A program made the position numbers and the translations under genes. A stretch of DNA of 64,000 nt, taken from the NCBI GenBank assembly GCA_942491245.1, contig CALNZT010000001.1, positions 960 to 64,959 of the forward strand, written 5' to 3'. Below are positions 44,085 through 55,127 of this stretch, in pieces. Under the pieces are notes generated by a model. It had not been told where the DNA came from, did no database searches, and saw nothing but the letters and a program-made list of their open reading frames with translations. Each line of letters opens with the position of its first letter. Position 1 is the stretch's first letter. The DNA comes from an uncultured Pseudomonadota bacterium (lineage in GTDB: Bacteria > Pseudomonadota > Gammaproteobacteria > Xanthomonadales > Wenzhouxiangellaceae).

Positions 44085-44708
44085 ATGAATCTGACCCGGC
44101 GCCAGCAGGAAATCCTGGACTTCATCCTTGAGGCAAAGACCCGCGATGGATTTCCACCAACGCGGGCCGAGATCGTTCGCCATTTCGGTTTCAAGTCACC
44201 CAACGCGGCGCAGTGTCATCTTCGCGCGCTCGCCGATCACGGCGCCATCCGGCTCGTGCCTGGTACAGCCCGCGGCATCATTCCGACGGACATCGCTGAC
44301 GGGCAAACGTCGCCAGTACTCAATCACCAAGTGCCGCTGATCGGTCGCGTGACTGCCGGCACGCCGGTGCTGGCCGTCGAAAATCACGAAGATGATCTGA
44401 TCATCGATCCGAAGCACTTTCGCCCTCGGCCTGACTATGCCCTTCGCGTTCAGGGCGACAGCATGATCGATGCAGGAATCCAGAACGGTGACCTGCTGCT
44501 GGTTCACCGCACGCCCGAGGCCCGCCATGGCCAGATCGTTGTGGCAAGGCTGGAAGACGAAATCACGGTCAAACGGCTGCGCAGGCGGGGCCGCGCCCTG
44601 TACCTCGATCCTGAAAACAAGCACTACGAACCGATCAAGATCCAGCCCGACGATGCTTTTGCCATCGAAGGCCTGGGCGTCGGCGTTATTCGCTCGTCGC
44701 TGAGCTAA
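44085..44708 (+). CDS. lexA: SOS repressor LexA
   Basis: LTRRQQEIL, PPTRAEI, Ala-Gly cleavage site (VTAGTP), GDSM Ser, TVKR Lys. Confidence 0.96.
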   Translation: MNLTRRQQEILDFILEAKTRDGFPPTRAEIVRHFGFKSPNAAQCHLRALADHGAIRLVPGTARGIIPTDIADGQTSPVLNHQVPLIGRVTAGTPVLAVENHEDDLIIDPKHFRPRPDYALRVQGDSMIDAGIQNGDLLLVHRTPEARHGQIVVARLEDEITVKRLRRRGRALYLDPENKHYEPIKIQPDDAFAIEGLGVGVIRSSLS

Positions 44709-44804
44709 AGCGCCTCTGGAGCAGCGCAAACCGCCCTGGCCTTGCGCGCCTGTCCAGCCTTGGAGGAGCCTGGTTTCCCGGACTTCAAGAAATGATGGTG
44801 TCGA

Positions 44805-45596
44805 TCAAGCCTGTCGGGTGAATCGGTCAGCATCGTTCAGAAACGGGAGGCCAGAGCGGTAGGCACGCAGCCGCTCGATATCCAGCTCGATCAAGGCAAC
44901 CGACTCTGCATCATCGAGTTCAGCAAGGGCATTGCCCGAAGGCTCGAAGGCCAGCGAGTGGCCAGAGTAATTGACCGCATTGCCATCAGTGCCTGTACGG
45001 TTGACGGCAACGACGAAGGCCTGATTTTCGATTGCACGGGCGCGCAGCAGGGCTTGCCAGTGGGCGATGCGGGGGCTGGGCCAGTTGGCAACGAACAGCT
45101 GAAGATCAAAGGCGCGATCATTGCGGCACCAGACCGGGAATCTCAGGTCGTAACAGATCTGCAGATCGATCCGCCAGCCTTGCCATTCGATAACGCAGGG
45201 AGCGTTACCTGCCTGATAGCGCTCACCCTCACCCCCGGGGCCAAATAAATGACGTTTATCGTAATGACCGAGACAGGTTCCGGCCGCATCGACAAAGACA
45301 AAGCGATTGCGGCGGCGACCGCTTTCGGTGACCACAAAACTTCCGCATACCGCAGCATTTCGGGCCCTGGCCTGTTCCGCCATCCATTGGAGCGTCGGCC
45401 CTTCCATGGGTTCGTTGTCCAGGTCGACATCGCCCAGGAATCCAGTGGTGAAGGTTTCTGGCAGCACATAGAGATCAGCCGCCGACTGTGCGTCCATCAG
45501 AAGCGCCAGACGATCACGATTGGCCTGCGGATGGGCCCAAACAAGATCGGCTTGTACCAGGGCAACATTGAGGCGGTCTTGAATCTGATCCGACAT
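44805..45596 (-). CDS. Carbon-nitrogen hydrolase (YafV/omega-amidase-like)
   Basis: LPETFTTGF, YDKRHLF, ICYDLRFPVWCRN, ARAIENQ. Confidence 0.9.
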   Translation of the reverse strand: MSDQIQDRLNVALVQADLVWAHPQANRDRLALLMDAQSAADLYVLPETFTTGFLGDVDLDNEPMEGPTLQWMAEQARARNAAVCGSFVVTESGRRRNRFVFVDAAGTCLGHYDKRHLFGPGGEGERYQAGNAPCVIEWQGWRIDLQICYDLRFPVWCRNDRAFDLQLFVANWPSPRIAHWQALLRARAIENQAFVVAVNRTGTDGNAVNYSGHSLAFEPSGNALAELDDAESVALIELDIERLRAYRSGLPFLNDADRFTRQA

Positions 45597-45601
45597 GATA
45601 G

Positions 45602-46400
45602 TTATTGATCCATTGCCGCCAGCCACTGCAGCTCGGGCTCACTGAAGCCGGCTCGGCGACGAGCCGGGAGGTTGAACGGGCCGCGCAGCTGACCGCTGAA
45701 ATAGTCCTCGAGCAGCTGCTCGAAGGTCTGGTCCGGATCCAGATCGCGCTGGGCACACAAGGTCGTGAACCACTGCGATCCGATCGCGACATGGCGCTCT
45801 TCTTCGTCGAGGATAATCCGCAGCAGGCCTACGGTTTCATGATCACCGGCTGCATTGAGTCGCTCGATCATCCCCGGGGTCACATCCAGCCCGCGCGCCT
45901 CCAGCACGCGCGGCACCAGGGCCATTCGAATCAGCACGTCGTGCGCCGTTCGCTCGGCCATATCCCACAGGCCGTTATGGGCCGGGAGATCGCCGTAGGC
46001 TACGCCCAGTGCGATCATTCGCGCGGTCAGCAGCTGGAAGTGACGCGCTTCATCGACCGCCACGCTGAGCCAGTCGCGATAAAACGCATCCGGCATGCCG
46101 CGAAAGCGCAGCGCTGCATCCAGTCCGAGATTGATCGCATTGAACTCGATATGGGCGATCGCGTGAATCAGCGCCTGTCGGCCTTCGACGCTGCCCAGGC
46201 TGCGACTTCGGCAGCTGGGCTGGATGCACCAGTTCCGGCTGCTCGGGCCGACCGCAGACCAGGTCGAAAGCGATCGCTCCGGTGATCGACACTCGCACTC
46301 GCCGGACATCGACTGCGGCCCACAAACGATCGACCCGCTGACACTTGGCCTGCGGGTCAGGTCTCGGAACAGCGCTTCGCTGGCCCTTCCCAGTGGTAGC

Positions 46401-46426
<26 letters not shown>
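45602..46426 (-). CDS. Ferritin-like DUF455 protein, 5' part frameshifted
   Basis: HAIAHIEFNAINL, DEARHF, EARGLDVTP, EERHV. Confidence 0.85.
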
Positions 46427-47674
<1,248 letters not shown>

Positions 47675-47750
47675 CTTGCATCCTCTTAACGCGAAAACCG
47701 TTAGTTTATCACCCGATTTGTCATCGCCGAGATCCAGTCAAGCACGCATC

Positions 47751-48494
47751 ATGACCGTTGCCGCGTCCTTTCAACCGTCCCACCACCCGCGTGGTCGCTG
47801 GTGGTTTGCGCTGGCGATCGGCCTGTCGCTGGCCTTGCATCTCGGGCTACTCAAACTCAAGCTCCAGGCGCCTGAGTCAAGCGAAACCCGACCAAGCCGT
47901 CCCCTGGTCGTCGCGCTCGAAGCCGTCGAAACACCTAAAGAATCGGTGCCAGAGCCCGTTCAGGCGCGCCCGGAAATCAAACCAGCCGAAATGCCACCAG
48001 CGATCGAGGGAACCACTGAACAATCCCTCGCCGACCCAGTTATCGCGCCTGAAGCCCCGGGGGCACTTGCATCAGATGCGAACTCGGAACAAAACGAAAG
48101 CGAGCCCGCTGACTCACCGACCACGCTACCCACGAGCACTCGCGTCCTGGCCACCGTTCGGGCCAATCTCGGTAGCCCGCAGCCGCCCCCTGCGGCTGAT
48201 GCCATCACTCCGGCGTCCGCACCACGCTTGCCCGATGCACCGGGCTGGATCAATGAATACGTTGGCCGCTTAGAAACTCAGGTCGAACAGTGGAAGAACG
48301 CCGACGGCACGCGTGAAGCACGAATTGTCACGGCCAGCGGCCAGGTCTACTGCGGGAGGGCGCGTGCGCCGACAAACGCCGAGATTTTCAATCCACAGTT
48401 TGCGATGAACATCATGCTGTTCCGGGACTGTGGCAGGGTCCGCCCACAAGCGGCAGATCGAAGTGATCCCTGGATTCGAGCGCCTGATCGATAG
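47751..48494 (+). CDS. Hypothetical membrane-anchored protein with Pro-rich linker
   Basis: SLALHLGLL TM (TonB/TolA-like SxxxH), Pro/Glu-rich linker, small Cys-containing C-terminal domain. Confidence 0.6.
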   Translation: MTVAASFQPSHHPRGRWWFALAIGLSLALHLGLLKLKLQAPESSETRPSRPLVVALEAVETPKESVPEPVQARPEIKPAEMPPAIEGTTEQSLADPVIAPEAPGALASDANSEQNESEPADSPTTLPTSTRVLATVRANLGSPQPPPAADAITPASAPRLPDAPGWINEYVGRLETQVEQWKNADGTREARIVTASGQVYCGRARAPTNAEIFNPQFAMNIMLFRDCGRVRPQAADRSDPWIRAPDR

Positions 48495-48703
48495 GGGTGG
48501 ATCAAGAGAACAACAATTCGACAATCTGCCCAGCCATCCGGGAGAATGCATTCCGGCCAAACTCCGAATAAATCAGCAATAATTGCAGCAATAATCGGGG
48601 TTCAACAAGGAGAAAGCAGTGAGCGCTGATCAGGCTTTGTGGTACCTTCCGTCAGCAAATAACGTACTTTTCGAAGATAGCGGCAGCCAGGGGGAAGAAC
48701 GCC

Positions 48704-51700
48704 ATGCAAATTACCGAGAAATTCGGGCTTCAGATCAATAATGCCAAGATAACCGGCAAGGTCCTGTCGGACGCTATGCCCAGCCTGAAAAACTCAAGCC
48801 CTGTGACCCTCGGCCTATGGGCCAGTCTCCTGTTTTCAGTCTTTCTGGCTGGCGCGGGCAGCCTCCATGCGCAGACCACACCCAATCAGCTGATCGTGGA
48901 CGTACCCGCAGGCACGAATAATTCCGCGGGCGCGGGCAGCAAGACCTGCACGATCCCAGGGTTCCTGCGACGGGGGCTTGTCAACCGGCGCTGTGACCGA
49001 TGACGTGTTCATGACGTCGATCACCTTCGGCAGCACGACATTCACCGCCGCCTCGGGTCAGATCATCCCCGGCCTGGCGTCGGTTTTCGTTTCAGGCGGC
49101 GGGGGCTCAAATGTCAACGTTGAATGGGGCGACGATGACGATGAGCTTGACGGGAACGACGATCCTTTCACCAAAGGCCGGATTCCCCCTCGCTGTGCCC
49201 GCCGATCAAGAAACCAGAAATTCTGGAACGCGTCAACGACACATTGCTGGTTGCTTTTCGATCTCTGAATCTAGCCGAGGGATTCGACGGGGAAGACGCA
49301 GACTCTTCGATCAATCTGGATTTCGTACGCTCCGTGAATGACAACGACGGCAGCACGCTCGACGGCGTTCCGGAAATCATCATTTTCGAACGCGGCCTCA
49401 ATTCCGATGTCGACGTACAGCTGGTGCTCGCCGACGGCGGCCTGTCAGACACGCTGTTTATACCGCGTGGGGATTTTGTCGACACCGGCTTCAACATCGA
49501 CACCGTAGAAATCGGCTCCTCTCAGGAGTTGGGCGTTGTCGGGCTCGATCTGAACGAATTCAGCGGTGCCGGCTTCGACCCGGCCACCGACACCGTCATT
49601 GGCGCTCGCTTCGGATCAGCTGGCAATGGCGCCGATATCTTCGGTGTCTTCGGCACCTCTTCCAACCCGGGCATCCTAAGGGACTACGGCGACGCCCCCG
49701 ACAGCTACGGCACGCTGGAAGCCTCCAGCGGCCCGCGCCACGTGCTGAACAATCGGATCTACATCGGCACCACCCCCGACTTTGACCCCGACGGCGAGCC
49801 CAGCGCTCTAGCCGACGCGGCCTCCGACGAGGATCCGACGGACTCCATCACCCTGCCCAATCCACCCACGCCTCTGGGGCCTGAAGATACCTACTCGGTC
49901 ACGGTAACGGTCAACAACCTGACCGGATCGAATGCCCTGCTCTGCGGTTGGATCGACTTCAACGACGACGGCAGCTTCGCCAACACCGACGGCTCGGCTG
50001 GTGCCAGCAACGCGGAACGAGCCTGCACCTCGGTCGCCGATGGATCCATTTCAACGGGGTTCTTCCCAACCGAAGTGACACTGGATTTCATCCTGCCCAA
50101 CGACATCGTGGAACAGCCGCCGGGTGACGAATTCTTTCTAGCGCGTTTTCGGATCACTACCGATTGGACCACCGCAGCCGATGCGTCCCCACAAGGTGAT
50201 GCGAGCGATGGCGAAATCGAGGACCACCGCATCTCCAGCGCCGGCACCTTGCCGGTCAGCGTGATCGGCTTCGAATCCGAAATGAACGGACGCGGGCTGC
50301 TGATTCGCTGGACAACGGCTTCCGAGACCCACAACGCCGGTTTCCACGTCTGGGCCGATTATGGTCGGGGCCTGCAACGCCTGACCGATTCAGCCATCCC
50401 GGCCCAAGCCGGCGATGCGACCACGTCCAGACGCTACGAGCTTGCTCTCGATGGAGTCGATCTCGACGGCATCCGGAGTCTTGCGCTCAGCGCTATCGAT
50501 TTCCGCGGCCAGGAAGAGTTCTACGGAAACTTCAGCCCAAACCGGGCCTTCGGTAGCGAACAAGCGGTCGCCGATATCGATTGGACGTCGATTCGGCGTG
50601 ACGCAACGGCCAGAGTCGACGCTCTGCCACTCCGCCCCCGTGGCAGCACCACGGCCGTGTCCGTGCGCTTCAAGGCCAGCGGCATGGTCGAGGTCAGCGC
50701 CAGCGATCTTTCGGGCGCAGGGCTGGACCTGCAGGGCCTGCCCGCTGATCGAATCGCGGTTACGCTCAAAGACAATGGCATTGCTCGGGAAATCACCAAC
50801 ACCGTGATGGACGACCAGGGCATCGCGCGCTTTGGTGCGCAGTCCGGCATCCGCTTCTGGGCCCGCTCGCCCGAGTTTCCGGACGCGCTGTATCTGGATC
50901 ATTACCGGTACCAGATTGGCGAGGATCCGACCAAGGTCGTGCCGGCCGATGTGGCCGTCACCGGCGTCAGTCTGTTCAGCGATCGTTTCGAAAACGTTCA
51001 GATCATGCAGGCCACGGCTGCCGAGTACTGGGCCAGTCTGCGCTATGCGGAGAACCGAAGCTACCACTTCTCCAGTCCGCTCGAAGACCCGTGGGCCGCG
51101 GCCACGCTGCGCGCCGACAGCAACAACGTGCACAGCGTTGAGTTCGAGCTGGATACACAGTCTCGCATCGACCAAACGGCGCGCTTGAACCTGAGCCTGG
51201 GCGGGCTCACCGATCACCCCGCCGCACCGGATCACCACGTCGTCGCACGCGTCAATGGCACCGAGATCGGTGAATTGTTCTTCGACGGCGCCTCGGTGCA
51301 GAACTGGGTCATCGATATTCCGGCCGGAACCCTCGCCGTCGGCAGCAACAACATCGACATCGTGGCCGCCGGCGGAACGGCAGCGCCTTTCGACATTTTC
51401 CTCCTCGACCAGGTGCAGCTGGACTATCGCCGGGCGCTGCAGGCGGTCGATGGCCGCCTGGACTTTGCAGACGACAAGGCTCAGCTCATGCGCGCCGAAG
51501 GCTTCGGCGGCTCGGCGAGCGGCTATGCCTGGCAAGACGGCGCCTTGTCCAGGCTGCAGATCGACCGCTCGGCCAGCGGCAGCCTGATCTGGCATACGCT
51601 GGATGGCAAGGCCGACTACTGGGTGTCGAACGCCGACCGCCTGCTGCGACCGGTCAGCACCGTGCCACATCAAAGCGACAGTCTGATCAACGAGACCAGT

Positions 51701-52813
51701 CAGGATTTCCTGGTGATCGCCCACCCCGCATTTCTGCCTCAGAACGGTGAAACCGACCACCCGCTGAATCGGTTCATGCAGGCACGCAGCCTCGACGGCT
51801 GGACCCCTGGCCTCTACAACATCGAGGAGATTCAGGCGCGCTACGGCTGGGGCATGCCCCTGCCGGATGCCCTGACCCACTTCCTGGCCGATGCCGATGC
51901 CCAGCTGGACTTCGAGCACGTGCTGCTGGTCGGCAGCGACAGCTATGACTATCGCGATGTATTGGGTCTGGGCAGCATCAGCTTTATCCCTACGCGCTAC
52001 GCGGCAACCCAATTCATTCCGCACACGCCCAGCGATGCCCTGCTTGCTGATCTCGATGGCGACGGCGTATCGGACAAGGCGATCGGACGCTGGCCGGTTC
52101 GCAATCTGGGCGATCTTGACTCGATCGTTCAGAAGACCCTGGACTGGACGCAGATGAAGGATCTGGCGAGCACGGTCTGGGTGACCGACTCACAGGATTC
52201 GCGCCAGAGTTCCTTCACGGCCCAGGTCGAGCGCATGCTGGAACCGCTGATGGCCGCCCGCTGGCCGTTCGAGAATATGGAGCGAATCTACTTCGATGAG
52301 ATCGCCCCCTCCCCGGGCCTCAGCGTAGCCGAAACCGCGCGGACTCTCCTTTTCGAACAGATCGAACAGGGTCAGACCCTGACCGGGTTTGTCGGTCACG
52401 GCTCACCCTCGGTCTGGACCCGTCAGGGCCTACTGTCGCCGAATGACCTGGCCGATCTGAACAACGAAGGCCGCCCGACCCTGATCACCACCATGACCTG
52501 CTACACCAGCTACTTCGTCTCACCGCGCAGCGACACCGTCGCCCATCGCTGGATGAACGGCTACGGCGTCAACGAATTCGGCGAACAAATTGACGGCCGC
52601 GCCAATGGAGCCGTCGGCGTCCATGGCGCCTCGACCCTGTCCAGCTACCTGTTCAACGAACGATTCGCGCGCGATGTCGTGAGTCATCAGCTCGACGGCA
52701 AGACCCTGGGCCAGGCGATCGAAGCGGCCCGTCAGCGCGCCAGCCTGCGCGGCATGGATGACCAGGTGATCAACTGGACCCTGCTCGGGGATCCGACCTT
52801 GCGAATGCAGTAA
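48704..52813 (+). CDS. Large secreted protein with GEVED-like domain and C-terminal peptidase C25 (gingipain-like) domain; 5' region frameshifted
   Basis: Signal-like segment in ORF 48704; DYGDAPDSYG, GWIDFNDDGSF, DGEIEDH; C25 motifs LLVGSD, IGRWPV, FVGHGS (His), TMTC (Cys), LLGDP. Confidence 0.85.
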
Positions 52814-52869
52814 TCGAGAGCTCAGGCCGGTTCCGGCCTGCGCACTGGCCTCGCGCTGCATGGTTTGAA

Positions 52870-53659
52870 TGGGGTTCTGATCCTTGGGCCCTCCGGTGGA
52901 TACCAGAACGCAGACACCAAAACGCCCCGCACGAAGCGGGGCGTTTTGGTATTTGCTGGAGGGGTTGGGATTGCTGCACCGCCTTGGCGGCTGGCTCTTC
53001 GGGCTGTCGCTACGCTCCAGCGTCCTCGCCTGCAGCTCGGTTCGAACCCGGGTTCTCATCCGCAATCCCCGCTCCGCAATCAATTAATGAGCCCACAGGG
53101 GTGCTATCGAAAATCCGGGAAGACTGGAAATCCGGGATTGACTGCGCGCCTAAGGCGCTTGCCCTCCGCTTCGCTATGGGTTGCTCTGGTTGCTGCGCGC
53201 CCGGCGCATCGTCCTCGCTCCGCTCGGGTCGAACCCGGGTTCTCATCCGCAATCCCCACTCCGCGGTCAATAAAAAAGCCCGCCGAAACCAGGCGGGCTT
53301 TTTTATTGATGGTGGAGGGGGTGGGATTGCTGCACCGCCTTCGGCGGCTGGCCCTTCGGGCTGTCGCTACGCCTCCAGCGTCCTCGCCTGCGGCTCGGTT
53401 CGAACCAGGGTTCGTCTCCGTGGTTCCTCCGCCAGATACAAAAACGCCCCGCTGGTCGCGAGGCGTTTTCGTATCTGGTGGAGGGGGTGGGATTGACTGC
53501 GCGCCTAAGGCGCTTGCCCTCCGCTTCGCTACGGGTTGCTCTGGTTGCTGCGCGCCCGGCGCATCGTCCTCGCTCCGCTCGGGTCGAACCCGGGTTCGTC
53601 TCCGTGGCCCCTCCACCAGATACAAAAACGCCCCGCTGGTCGCGAGGCGTTTTCGTATC
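52870..53659 (-). repeat. Tandem modular repeats downstream of tRNA-Ser(TGA), each carrying a copy of the tRNA 3' end
   Basis: TGGTGGAGGGGGTGGGATT (tRNA 3' 19 nt) at 53476 and 53310, degenerate at 52954; alternating insert modules and terminator hairpins. Confidence 0.9.
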
Positions 53660-53749
53660 TGGTGGAGGGGGTGGGATTCGAACCCACGAAGGGCTTTCAC
53701 CCTTGCTGGTTTTCAAGACCAGTGCATTCAACCGCTCTGCCACCCCTCC
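53660..53749 (-). tRNA. tRNA-Ser (anticodon TGA)
   Basis: Cloverleaf: GGAGGGG/CCCCTCC acceptor, CTGGT-CTTGAAA-ACCAG, long variable arm AAGGG/CCCTT, GTGGG-TTCGAAT-CCCAC, encoded CCA. Confidence 0.95.
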
Positions 53750-54177
53750 GGTGACCTAAATTGTAACTGCTTTCCCAAACCTTTTTCCGCCGTTGACGGG
53801 CGGTTCTACGAACCGCGAGGTGATGGGATTGACTGCGCGTCCTAGCGCGCTTGCCTTCTCTGCGGCCTGGTTCGACCGCACTGCCGCCACTCAGGACCAG
53901 CAGGCTGCGCATTGTAATACGTCTTAATCGATCTGGCCAGTAGAAGGCGCGGAGAATTCAGAACGCAACAGGAAATACAGTGTGATCGGCCAGTCCCGCA
54001 CCTGGATTGGCAGTTTTCCAAGATCATTTACACGCAGAAAGGCACAATAGCTCAAACAGCCATGCAATCCCTTCGACAGCGGGTCATTGTCGACTCGCGT
54101 GAAAGTGTTCGAATCGGGCTTGGCGAAATTCATGCGCCTCTTTCGCCAGAGGCTGATCATTGTGGAGAACCTTTGCT

Positions 54178-54687
54178 ATGAGACAAGAACGCGCAGTATT
54201 GGCCGGCGGTTGCTTCTGGGGCATGCAGGACCTGATCCGAAAACGTCCGGGCGTCATTGCCACACGTGTCGGCTATACCGGAGGCGACGTACCTCAGGCC
54301 ACCTATCGGAATCACGGCACGCATGCCGAAGGCATAGAAATCCTGTTCGACCCCGATACGATCAGCTACCGCCAGCTGCTGGAGCTCTTTTTCCAGATTC
54401 ACGATCCCACTACCCTCAATCGTCAGGGCAATGATCGAGGCCTGTCGTATCGGTCAGCCATTTACTACGCCGACGAGAGCCAGAAAGCGACCGCTCTGGA
54501 CACCATTGCCGATGTCGAGGCCAGTGGTCTCTGGCCGGGTAAAGTCGTCACCGAAGTCGAACCGGTCGGACCATTCTGGGAAGCTGAACCCGAGCACCAG
54601 GACTATCTGGAACGCTATCCCAACGGCTACACCTGTCATTTCCCGAGGCCGGACTGGATCTTGCCCGAACGTGGTCCAGACGCTTGA
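54178..54687 (+). CDS. msrA: Peptide methionine sulfoxide reductase MsrA
   Basis: AGGCFWG, GHAE-like [28 protein letters not shown]. Confidence 0.95.
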   Translation: MRQERAVLAGGCFWGMQDLIRKRPGVIATRVGYTGGDVPQATYRNHGTHAEGIEILFDPDTISYRQLLELFFQIHDPTTLNRQGNDRGLSYRSAIYYADESQKATALDTIADVEASGLWPGKVVTEVEPVGPFWEAEPEHQDYLERYPNGYTCHFPRPDWILPERGPDA

Positions 54688-54739
54688 TTCAAGCTCCGGC
54701 AAGCCCTTGAAGCACATGAGCGGGCATGTGCTGGGGCTG

Positions 54740-55127
<388 letters not shown>

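Noticed and set aside
50390-52024. 544 aa antisense ORF inside the C25 gene, and similar long shadow ORFs (27703-29064, 35467-36576, 4337-5299, 11600-12577)
   Set aside because: Antisense to well-supported genes, as expected from high-GC codon bias; no motifs
53660-53749. Selenocysteine or suppressor tRNA
   Set aside because: The anticodon is TGA (reads UCA, Ser), not TCA, and the acceptor stem is a normal 7 bp
52865-53845. 326 aa ORF and overlapping ORFs across the repeat array
   Set aside because: They run through a tRNA gene and GC-rich hairpin repeats, have no recognisable domain, and their internal repeats just mirror the DNA repeats
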